From an uncultured Elusimicrobia bacterium (lineage in GTDB: Bacteria > Elusimicrobiota > Elusimicrobia > UBA1565 > UBA9628), in contig CAZEAE010000001.1 of NCBI GenBank assembly GCA_964510095.1, positions 232,551-296,550 on the forward strand: a DNA stretch of 64,000 nt, given 5' to 3'. This document shows positions 8,256-20,200 of the stretch, one piece after another. Both the position numbers and the translations under genes were made by a program. Position 1 is the stretch's first letter. Every line of letters begins with the position of its first letter. Below the pieces are notes generated by a model. That model ran no database searches. It was not told the DNA's origin and saw only the letters and a list, made by a program, of their open reading frames with translations.

Positions 8256-11200
8256 CGGATGATCGAAAGCCTCTTGATGATGCTCTTCTGCCCGGGCGAG
8301 GCGATCACGGCGAAATAGCCGCCCGTGGCCAATTCCCGCCCATCCTCGTTGCGCGCGTTCCACTGCAGCCGGCCGCCGCTGTTGGCCGAGCTGAACTGGG
8401 CGGCCAGCTTCCCGCTGACCGTGAAGACCTTGATCGTGACGGCCGCCGGCAGGTTGTCGAAGACGATGCCCGAGTTCACGTTGCCCGGCGAGAAGGGACG
8501 GCCCTCATCGGGGTTGACGCCGTTGGGCTTGAAGGGCACCGGATAGACGCGCACGGTGTCCAGGTTGGCGGCGCCGGCCAGCGGGAAGGCGGCGAAGAAG
8601 CTGAAGTGGCGCGTCGCCCCGTAGACCGTGTGGTTGACCAGGTCGATCGTCGTCGTCAGGTCGGCCGTCCACTGGTTGGTCACGGTATCGAAGCTGTAGA
8701 GCTTAAGATCCTGAGCGCGCAGCGAGGTGCCGTCCAAGATGCCGTCGTCGTTGGCGTCGAGGTAGGTGAAGGTCAGGGTGGCCGAATTGCCGCCGGAGAG
8801 CAGCGTCTGGCCGTTGCCCAAGGTGATGCTCATCGAGATGCCGACGTCCTGCGTGCCCTCCGGGGCCGCGGCCGGCAGGACCGGGGAGTTGACGACCGAG
8901 ACCGTCGTCGAGGAGCCGCTCAAAGAGCCCGCCGGCAGGTCGATCTTCGTGACCAAGGAGCCGACGCCGGCTCCCGTGATCGCTTGCGGCGCACCGTTGT
9001 TGAGCACCTCCTCGCGCGTGATCAAGCTTCCCACCAGGCGCTCGCGCACGTCCCACCCCGCGGGGTCGACGACGACGGTCACCACCCCCGGCGTCGTATC
9101 GGAGGAATCAGAGATGTCGGCAGCCACCGCGCGCAGGTCATAGCTGGTGGCCGTCAAGCCGGTGACGTCCCAGTGCAGGAACCAAGGGGCCGACAGGTCG
9201 CCGTTGGTCTGCGTCGGCCCGGCCGGCACGACCGGGAGCCAGGCCGTGTCGCTGGATGCCTTGTATTGGAAAAGCACGCTCTTGGTCTGCGCATCCGTGC
9301 CGCTGAGCAGCTGCGCCGACACCGTGACGCGGTCGCCGGCGATGCGCTTTCCTGAGACGGGGGACTTGATCTGGGCCCGCACCGCCGACACCGACGCCGT
9401 CGATGATGCCGAGGCGTAGACGCCGGAGGTTTCTTCCACGCCGCAACGGTGCGCCGCCCGCAATGCGAAGAGATAGGTGGGGCTAGAGACCAGCACGCCG
9501 GTCGTATATGAGGTCTCAGTGGAGGTGAAGACCGCCGCCGGCGTGACGAAGTCGACCGCGCCCGTGCCCGCGTCGTAATACAGCTTATAGGCGGTGATGC
9601 CTTCCGTAGGTGAAGCCGTCCATGACAGGGAGATGCGGTTGCCGGTCAGCGCGTTGGCCGCCAAGCCGCTGGGCGCCGAAGGCGTCGAGGCCAGGGTCAC
9701 GAAGGAGACCGTGCCGTCGAAAGCGGTGGCCACCGCGTCTCCATTGCGGTTGCGCACGCGCAGGTAATACGTCGTGCAGCCCAAGAGGCCCGTGTCGGCG
9801 TAGGCGACCACCGAGCTCAAAGACACCAAGGAGAAGGCGGCATTGTCGGTGGAATGCTGGACCTCGGCCAGCGTGTCCGCGGGGTTGGTGTTGAGGCTCC
9901 AGGAGATCGTCGCGCTGGTGCCCTGGACCAGGCTGATGACGCTGCCCGTAGGCGGCGCGGCTAGGGTATAAGCCGTCGCGGCCGCAGACAGCGGCCCTTG
10001 CCCGCTGACGTTGATGCCCGCGACGACCAAGCCGTAGGCGGTGTTGGTGGCCAGGCCCAGGTGCGAGAACGCCGCCGCCGCCGGATTGCCGATGATCGAC
10101 GCCGTGTTCGAAGCGGGGAAGACGTAGTAGCCGACGGCATCGGCCGCCGCGCCCCAAGTCCAAGAGATCGACGAGACGCCCAGGGCCGCGCCGACGGGCA
10201 CGCCCGGCTGGCCGGGGGCCGCCGGCTCCGTCCGGGTGCTGACGGTCGCGTCGAAGGTCGTGACGCCGCCGTTGTGGCCGAGCGTGCGCGCTTTGAAGTA
10301 ATAGGTGGTCGACGGCGACAGCCCCGCAGCCTCGGCGTCGGTCACGGAGACCAGCGTCTTGACGGGCGACGCGAACGCGGCGGAGACGTCGCGCCAGAGC
10401 TCGTAGACCGTGCCGGGGTCGGGGTTGCCCTGCGGCAGCCAGTCGAGCGAGACGGTCGAAGACGTCACGCTCAGGACCTCCGTCGCCGACGGAGAGAAGG
10501 CGGGGCTAGCCGCCGAGCCCAGATCCTTCACGGTGCTGGCGTTGGCCCCGCTGCGGGCCCGGACGCGGAAATAATAAGTCGTGTTGGCCAGCAGGTCGGC
10601 TCCGGCTCCGCCCGCGCCGAAGACCACTGAGAGGTTCAGCGTCGACGAGCTGAAGTTCACGGAGGCGAAAGCGTCGCTGGAAAGGTCGGCCTCGTAGCCG
10701 GTGCCCGGCGGGTTGCCGCCATCGGTCCACGAGACGGTGACGCTGGCAAAATCGACGGCGACCAGGCTGGGCGCGCCGGCGCCGGGCTCGGCGAGCAGCG
10801 TCGTCGTGGAAGGCAGCGTCGTCAATGATGTGAGCCGGCCGCCGTGGCCCAGGGCCCGGACCTGGAAGTAGTAGGTGGTGTTGGCGCTCAGGCCGGCGAA
10901 GGCCGCCGAGACGCCGTAGGTGCCGCTCGAGGCGTTCAAGGTCGAGAACTCGTCGGTGGAGACCCGCGCCTCGTAAAGCGTGCCCGAAGCGTTGCCATTG
11001 GCAGTCCAGTTCGCGGTGACCGCCGCCGGGCCGACGAAGGTCGGCGCCAAGGCCGCGGGCTCGGCCGGCAAGGTGGCAGTGGCGACGACGGCCACGAACG
11101 CCGTGGGCATCGAGGCGGCGTTGAAGGCCTGCACCCGCAAATAGTAAGTGGCGTTGGACTGCAGGGCGAAGAAGGTGGCTGAAGTCAGGAGCGTATTGCT

Positions 11201-14200
11201 GGAGGCGTTGACCGTGGTGAAGGCGTCGGTCGATATCTGGGCCAGATAGGGCGTCGCGGCCGGATTACCGCCCGCGCCCCAGGACAGCGCGGCCGAGGAC
11301 AACTCCACCGCGCTCAAGAAAGGCGCCGCCGGCGTGACGGCCAGGGTCGGCGCGGCGGCGGCTTGCGCGAACGGGCTCGACCCGCCCCAGCCCAGCGCCT
11401 GGACGTGCAGGTAATAGGTCGTGTTAGGGGCCAACGCCTGGAACGTGGCGGAAAGGGAGAGCGTCTGGCTGGAGAGATTCAGGGTCGTGAAGCCGTCCGT
11501 AGACAGCTGGGCCAAGTAGACCGTGCCGGCGGGGTTGCCGTCGGCCGACCAATCCAGCGTCATCGAAGACAGCGCTATCGCGCTCAGCGCCGGCGCGGCC
11601 GGCGAAGCGGGCAAGGTGAAGGCCGGCGCCGCCGCGATGAAGACGGTAGGAAGCTCGTTGCTGTTGAGGGCGCGCACCCGCAGGTAATAGGTGGTGTTGG
11701 GCACCAGCGCCTGGAAGGTGGCCGAGACGTTGAGCGTCTGGCTGGTGATGTTGAGGGTCGTGAAGGCGTCGGTGGACAGCTGGGCTTGATAGCGCGTGCC
11801 CGCCGGATCGCCCCCGGAGCCCCAGGTCAGGCTCATCGACGAGACGCTGGGGCCGGCGGCGGGCGCCGCCGGAGGAGCGGCCAGCGTGGACGTCGAGCCC
11901 AGCGCTACGTTGGCGCTGACATTGGAAGGCCCCACCGTGCGGACCTGGAAGAAATACGTGGTGTTGGGCGACAGCGCGCTCCCGGCGCCTCCGGAGCCGA
12001 AGAGGGTAGAGAGGCTCAGCGTCAGCGAGCTGAAGTTCACCGTGGCGAAGGCGTCGGTGGAGAGCTCGGCGGCGTAGAAGGCTCCCGGGCCGTTGCCGCC
12101 GCTGGTCCACTGCACGGCGGCGCTGGCGGTCTCGACGGCCAAGAACGAACCCGCGGTCAAGCCCGGCGGCAGGAGCAGCGTGGTGGTCGAAGGCAGCGTA
12201 GCGAAGCCCGTGACCTGGCCGCCATGCCCAAAAGCGCGCACCCGGACGTAGTAGGTCGTATTGGATAGCAGCCCTGCGAAGCCGGCCGCGGCATTGAAAG
12301 TCGCGCTCGACTCATTGAGCGTGGCGAAGGTGTCGGTGGAAAGCTCGGCCTCGTAGCGGGTCGTCAGCGGCGCGTTGCCGTTGGCCGACCAGTTCGCCTG
12401 GAAGGCCGCCGCGGCCACGGCGGAGGGCTGGGCTGAGACCGGCAGCGCCGGCGGCGTCGCGGTGGCCGGCCCCACGGCGAAGCCGGTGGCGGCAAACGCA
12501 TGAGAAAGCGCCTGCACGCGCAGGTAATAAGTGGCGTTGGACAGCAGGCCGAAGAAGGTGGCCGAGGTCAGCAGGGTAGAGCTCGAAGCGCTGAGCGTGG
12601 AGAAGTCGTCGGTGGAGAGCTGTACCGCAAAGCGCGTGCCCGCCGGGTTGCCGTTGGCGCTCCAAGAGAGCGCGGCCGAGGACAGCTCGACGGCCGTCAG
12701 TGAAGCCCCGGCCGGCGTCGCCGCCAGCGTCGGCGCGGCGGCGGCGGAAGCAAACGGGCTCAGCGCGCCGGCCCAGCCGATGGCTTGGACGCGCAGATAA
12801 TAAGTGGTGTTGGGCACCAGGGCCTGGAACGTGGCGGAGAGGTTCAGCGTCTGGCTGGAGGTATTGAGGGTCGTGAAGGCGTCGGTAGACAGCTGCGCCA
12901 GATACACCGTCCCGGCCGGATCGGCGTTGGCGAGCCAATCGACGGTCATCGAGGACAGGTTGATCGCCGCTAAAGAGGGGCTCGGCGGCGCCGGCAGCGT
13001 GACGGTCGTCATCGCCGCCGCGTAGCTCGAAGGCACGCCGTTGTTGTTGACGGCCCGCGCGCGCAGATAGTAAGTCGTGTTGGGGACCAGCGCCTGGAAC
13101 GTGGCCGACAAGCTCAGCGTCTGGCTGGAGGCATTGAGCGTGACGAAGACGTCGGTGGAAAGCTCCGCCTGATAGACCGTGCCGGCGCCGTTGCCGGCCG
13201 AGGTCCAGGTCAGGCTCATCGACGAGACGCTCGGCAGCGCCGCGGAGGCGGCGGGGACCGCCGCCAGCGTCGACGTCGACCCCAAGGGGATGTCGGCGCT
13301 GCTGTTGCCTCCGCCCGTGGCGCGCACCTGGAATTGATACGTGGTATTGGGAGACAGCGCCGGGCCGGCCCCGCCCGCGCCGTAGAGGACCGTGAGGTTG
13401 AGCGTCGACGAGCTGAAGTTCAGCGTGGCGAAGCCGTCGGTGGACACCTGGGCCACGTAGACCGTCGTAGGCCCGTTGCCGCCGCTGTTCCACTGCACCG
13501 CGACGCTGGACTGCTCGACGAGGAAGAAGGAACTCCCCGCCGGCACCGGCGGCAGCAGCAGGGTCATGGTCGCGGGCAGGACCGTGAAGGCGGAAAGCCG
13601 GCCGTCATGGCCCGAGGCGCGGACCCGGACGTAGTAGGTCGTGTTGGACAACAGCCCGCCGAAGCCGGCCGAGACGTTGAGCGTCGCGCTCGACTCCCGG
13701 AGCGTGGAGAAGGCGTCGGTGGATATCTGGGCCTCGTAGAGGGTCGTCAGCGGCGCGTTGCCGTTGGGCGACCAGTCGGCCTGCAAGGAGTTGGCCGTGA
13801 TCGCCGAGGGCGGCGCCGACGCCGGTTCGGCGGCCGAGGTCGCCGTGGCCGCCGCGACGGCGAAGGCCGTCTGCGCCCCCGCATGCGACCAGGCGGCCAC
13901 CCGCAAGTAATGCGTGGCGTTGGAGAGCAGCCCGAAGAAGGTCGCCGAGGTCAAGAGCGTCCGGCTGGAGGAGTTGACCGTGACGAAGGCGTCGGTGGAG
14001 TCTTGCGCCAGATATTCGGTGCCCGCGGGATTGCCGCCGGCCGCCCAGCTCAGCGCGGCGGAAGTCACCCAGACGCCGCTGACCGCAGGCGAGACCGGCA
14101 GGTCAGGGAGCGTCACGGAAGGACTCGCCGCCGCGAACCCGCCCGGCCCGTAATGACCGGAGGAGCGCACGCGAAGATAGTAGGTCGTGTTGGGCGTCAG

Positions 14201-17200
14201 CGCGGTGAAAGTCGCCGACTGGCTGAGGGTCGCGCTCGTCAAGTTGACGGTGGCAAAATCGTCGGTGGAGACCTGCGCGTCGTAAGGCGTGCCGACGTCG
14301 TTGGAAGGCGAGCTCCAGGTCAGGACGGCGGAGGACAGGTTGACGGCGGTCGACGTCGAGGCCGGGTCGGCCGTCAAGGTGAAGCTCGAAGAGGGCGTCA
14401 GGAAGGCCGTCGCCGTGCCGCCGTGGCCCAGCGCCCGGACCCGAAGGGAATAGTCCTTGTTGGAGACCAAGCCGAAGAACGTCGCGCCGGCGTTGAGCGT
14501 CCAGCTGGAGGCGTTGAGCGTGAGGAAGGCGTCGGTCGACTGCTCCACGGCATAGAGCGTGCCCTCCGGGTTGCCGTTGCGGCCCCAAGAAAGGCCGTGC
14601 GACGACAAGCCGACCGAGAAGACCGCCGCGACCGGCGGGTGAGCCCAGGTGGCGGTGGCGCCAGACGCCGCGTAGTTATAGACGGCGCCATAGAGGGTGC
14701 CGACGCGCAAAGTGTAGGTCGTGTTGGGGAGCAGGCTTTGCGGGCTGAGCTGCGTCGACGATCCGTTGGTCGTGACCGAGGAGACGATGCCCGAGGAAAA
14801 ATCAGCGACGGAGGAGACCTCGGCGGAATAGCCGTCGGAGGCCGCCAACGCCCAGCTCAGCGTCACGCTCGAGCCGGAGACGCCGAGGAGCACCGGCGCG
14901 GCCGTAGGCGCCGACTTGGAGGCTTCCAGCGTCTGGCCGTAAGAGCCAAGATTGGCCCGCGCCCCGTTAGGCGACGCCTCGAGGCCGGCGGCGGCGGCCG
15001 GATCGGCGGCGTCGATGGTGAGCGCGGTGACGCCGTCGACGACGAATCCGGCCGCGGCGGGGTCCCAGCGTCCGCGCTGAGAGCGGGGATGGAAATCCTC
15101 GACGCCGCCGGAGGCGTCGTTCCAGAGCGGCTGGGCCGCCAGCGAGTTGAGGTCCCGGCCGGTGCCCGAGCGCCAGGCGGCGAGGAAGTCATAGCTCGAC
15201 GCTCCCCAGGTCCCGGAGTTGAGGACGGCGGAGCTGAAGAAGTCGTTATAATCGGAGACGAAGCCGCTCTGGCTGTCGGCGGAGACCTCGATGGTCGCCG
15301 AAGCTCCCGAGACGCTGAAGGAGCTCAGGAAGACGTTGCCCTTGACTTGGACGCCCGTCGAAGCGGAACGGACGCTCAACAGCACGGCATTGTTGAAGTT
15401 CGCCCCCGTGGCGTGAAGGTCGTTGAAGAGCAGCGAGCTGTTGGTGGTGGCCCACAAGGAGACCGCCTCATGGCTGCCCGAGGTGATCTTGCCGGGCTCG
15501 TTGAAGCGGTTGTGGTCGATCACCAGACCCGAGGAGCCTAGCGCATAGAGGCCGTAAGCGGTGACGCCGGGGATGGCCAAGGCGGTGCGGTAATAGACGC
15601 CGTTATCCTGGATGGTGGCGCCCGTGATCAAGCCGTTCAAGTGGATGCCGTAGGTGTCCAGCGACGTCGACAAGGTGGGCAGGACCGTGTTCGAGGTGAT
15701 CCAGACCTGGGCGCCGGCGCCCTGCGCCGCGACCCGGATGCCGTATTGGGCGCCGGTCCGGATCGTGTTGGTCGAGAGGATCAGGCGCCCGGCGCCCGCC
15801 TCCAGCGCGATCCCGGCGCCCTGGGCGCCGCCTGAGACGGTGTTCGAAGACATCGACAGGTTCACGCTGCCGGAGCGAAGCCAGAGGCCGCTGCCCAGCG
15901 CCGAGGTCGCCGCCAGGAAGTTCGACGAGACGACGGTGCCCGTGGCGCCGGCCACGATCACGGCGGTGGAGCCCTCGATGTAGCAGGAGGACACCGTGTT
16001 GGAGGATCCCTCGAGGAACTGAAGGCCGGCGGTGATCGTGCTCAGCGTGACCAGGTTGCCGATGGAGCCGCCGGTGATGACGGGAGCCGAGAGCAGGCTG
16101 CGGCTGACCGTGTTATAACTGCCCCCCGTCAGACGCAGGACGCTGATCGTGCTGAGCGTGACGGTGTTGTAATCGGCGCCTCCGCTCAACACCAGGCCGT
16201 AGCCCCCCGGGCTGGGGATCGAGAGCCCCGTCAACGTGTTGAACGCGCCGTTGACGTCGATCGAGGAGTTGCCGGTGATGACGCTTTGCGACAGCGTGTT
16301 GTAGTTGCCCCCGATGAAAGCGCCGCCGCTGACGAAGCCGGCCGCGTAGCTCTGCGTGATGATGTTCGAATAGGAACCCACCGAGATGGAGAGGCCTCCG
16401 TTTCCCGTCATCGTACTGAGGCTGATGACGTTGTCGTGGGCGCCGTTCTTAAGCTGGGCGCCGCCGAAGTTGCCGTAGAAGCGGCCGTTGGTGATGGTGG
16501 AGGAGGACGCTCCATCGAGGACCAGCGCGGCGTCGCCGGCCCCAACGACGGCCGACGTCGCATACGAGACGACGCTCCACGGCCCGGTGATCACCAAGCC
16601 GTGGCCGGCCAGGACCGTGATGCTGGAACGCTCTATCGAGCTGCCGCTCGACACCCGGACGCCGGCGCTCCAGATCCCGGCCCGGCCGTCGACGCTGACG
16701 CTGGAAAGGGCGACGTAGGCCGAAGAAGACCAGACGCCGTAGGCCACGGTGTTGGTCGTGATGATGGAGATCTGCTGGAGGGTCACCGAGTCGTTGAACA
16801 CGAGGAAGGCGGCAGTCGAGCCCGCCGGGGGGTTGAAGACCGGAGCGGAGCTGACGAAGGTCGGGTCGGCCATGATCCTGAGCCGATAGCCGTTGTTGGA
16901 AAAACCCTGGATGGTGACCTGCTCGCTATAGGTCAGCGCGTCGCGGATGACGAGGCAGGCGTCGCCGGTCAGGCCGGGCGGCATGGCGTTAAGCGCCCCT
17001 TGCAGTGTGACATGGTCCATGCTGCCGTCCTGCTTGACGTTGAAGCCGGTCAGGCAGCCCGGCGGCAGGCTCGACGCGGTATGGGTGGCCGCGACGAAGG
17101 AATAGTTGGCGCTGCCGTTCCAGTTGAGCGCGCCCAGGCGCAGGTAGTAAGTGGCGTTGCTCAGGCCCGTCAGGCTCAGCGTGCTCAAGGCCACGTTGGA

Positions 17201-20200
17201 AGTCGCGCTGGAGAACTGCGTGCCGCTGAAATCAGCCGCGGTGGAGGCCACCAGCACGTAGCCAGAAGAAGTCTTCGAGGAAGCGTCAGGCGGGCTTAAG
17301 GCCAGCGGGACCCAGTTGACCGTCACGCTCGTCGCGAAAACGCCGTAGAGCGAGACGCCTTGCAGGTCGCCGGCCCAGGTAGCCGTGGCCAGCGAGGCCC
17401 CGAAGTCCGTAGCCAGGCCGGCATGGTTGATCGCCTGCACGCGCGCCTGATAAGTCGTGTTGGGCAGGAGGTTCAAGAAGGCCGCCGCCGAGCCCATCGT
17501 GCGGCTGGATTCGTTGATCGTGACGAAGGCGTCGGTGGAGAGCTGGGCTGAATAGAGCGTGCCGGCCGGGTTGCCGTTAGCCGCCCAGCTCACGATGATC
17601 GAAGACGTGAAGACCACCGCCTCCGAGCCCTCCGCGGGGACGGCGGCCAAGGTCGGAGTCGAGACGGCGGCGCCCAAAGGATAGACCACGGCCGAGCCGT
17701 AAAGGGCGCCGACGCGGACGTAGTACGTCGTGTTGAGCGCCAGGCCCTGGGGACTGAGCTGCGTGGAAGCCGCGTTGGCCGTCGCGGAGGAGATCACGGA
17801 GGCGAAGCCCGGGTCGGTGGCCGCCTGGGCGTTGTAGCCGTCGGAAGCCACGGCGCCGAAGGTCAAGGTGATGCTCGACAGGTCGACGGCGCCGGCGATC
17901 TGGCCCGTCGGCGCCGGCGCCGCCTTCGAGGCCTCGGCCGTGCCGCCGTAGGACCCCGCATTGAGCCGCGAGCCGTTGGGCGAGGGCTCCAAGCCCACGG
18001 CCTCGGCCGGGTCGCCCGCGTCGATGGAACGCGCCAGCACCCCATCGACGACAAAACCCCCCGTGCCCGGGTCATAGCGGCCCCGCGGCGAGCGCGGGTG
18101 ATAATCCTCGACGCCGGCGGAGGGGTCGGCCCAGTAAGGATGCTGGCCGTCGAGCGAGTTGGCGTCCTGCCCGCTGCCCGCCGTCCAGGCGGAGGTCAGA
18201 GCGTAGGCCGCCGCGCCCCAGAAGCCGGTGCTGTAGGCATTCGAGCTGTAGTAGCTGTTGTAGTCGGAGACGAAGCCCGGCTGGCTGTCGGCCGACACGC
18301 TGATGGTCGCCGAAGAACCAATGACGGCCGTCGAGCTGAGGAAGACGTTATCCTTGACCTTGACCCCCGTCGACCCGGAGAGCACGCTCAACCCGTAGGC
18401 GTTGGTCAGGCCGGCGCCCGCCACGTGGACGTCGTTGGACTTGAAGGAGCTGTTCGTGGTGCCCGAGAACTTCACGGCCTCGTGGCTGCCCGCCGTGATC
18501 ATCCCGGGCGCCCCGAAACGGTTGCGGTCTATCAAAAGCCCCGCCGCGCTCTGCGCATAGAGCCCGTAGGAGGTAAAAGCTCCCATCGACCCCGCGCTGC
18601 GATAGAAGATCCCGTTGTTCTGGATCGTCGCGCCGCTGACCAGGCCGTTGAGGTAGATGCCGAAGGTGTCGCGCGAGGCGGACAAGGAAGGCAGGACGGT
18701 GTTCGAAGAGATCCACAACTGCGTCCCCGGCTGCTGGGTGGCGGCATAGACGGCGTAGCGCGCGGCCGCCGGGAAGGAGTTCGTCGAGATCAGCAGGCGT
18801 CCTGAGTTGCCCTCATCCACGAAGAGGCCGGCGCCCTGCGCGCCGCCGACGAGCGTGCTCGTCGACAGCGACAGGTCGAGGCTGCCGGCCGACATCCAGA
18901 GCGCGCTGCCCGCCGTATGGGTGGCGATGAGCACCGAGCCGCCGATGACGGTGGCAGTCGATCCATGGATGACGGCGGCCGTCGAACCCTGGATATAGGA
19001 ATCCACTATGGTGTTGGAGGATGATTCGCCGATATAGAGCGGATAAAGGTCCGCCGCGACGGCGGCGGAAGTCATGGTGCTGCGGATGATGGCGTTGTAG
19101 TCGGAGCCGGTGACCAGGATGGCGCCGTCTCCCGCCGTGTTGCGTATGGTGGAATCGACCACCGTGTTGTGGTCGCAATCGGAGAGGAAGAACGCGGCGG
19201 CGGTCGCGGAGTTGGCGCTCAAGACGCTCTGGCTGAAGGTGTTGTAGTCGGCGCCGGTGTTCATGCCGACGCCTTGACCCTGGAGGTTCGAGATGACGGA
19301 GCCGGTCACGGTGTTGTTGTCGGACGCGATGACCAGCAGCGCCAGCGCGCTGGCATGGTTGCAGGCCAGGGAGCTTTGGCTGATGACGTTGTAGTCGGAG
19401 CCGTTGGTCAAGAAGGCGCCATAGCCCGCCGCCGAGTGCTGGAAGTAGGAGCCGGTCACGGTGTTGCTGTCGGAAGCGGTCAGATAGAGCGCATGGAAGT
19501 CGTCGCCGGAGACGGCCACCGTGCTGTATTGGACCGTGGTGCGTATGGCGTAGTTCAAGCGCAGGCCGTCGGCGCTTTGGACGGTGATGCTGCCATAGGA
19601 CACCGACGACCAACTGCTCACGGCGACTCCGGCCGTCCAGATCTTGCCGCCGGAATCCACGTTGACGCTGGAAAGCGTCACGTAGGCCGAAGACGACCAG
19701 ACGCCGTAGGCCACGGTGTTGGTCGTGATGACCGTCAGGTGCTGGAGCGTGACCGAGTCGTTGATCACCAGAAAAGCCGCGGTGGAGGCCGTGGGCGGGT
19801 TGATGACGGGCGCGCTGCTGATGAAGCCGGGGTCGGCCATGATGGTCAGGCGGAAGCCGTTGTTGGCGAGGTTTTGCACGGTCACCTGCTCGTTATAGGT
19901 CTGCGTGTCGCGGACGACCACGCAGGAGTCGGTGCCGAGGAATGAAAGAGCCGTCACGGCGGCCTGGATGGTCGTGTAGTCCTTGCTGCCGTCCTGCTTG
20001 ACGTTATAGCCCGCGCCGCAGCCGGCCGGCAGGTCCAGGTAGGACTGCGACGCCTCGGCCGTCAGGCCGTAGGAGCCCTGGTTGGCGCGCCCGCCGTTGG
20101 GATTGGCCTCGAGCCCCGCGCCCAGGAGAGGATCGCCCCGGTCGATGGTCTGGGAGGTCTGGGCGTCGGCGGCGAAAGAACCCGTCGCCGGGTTCCAGCG

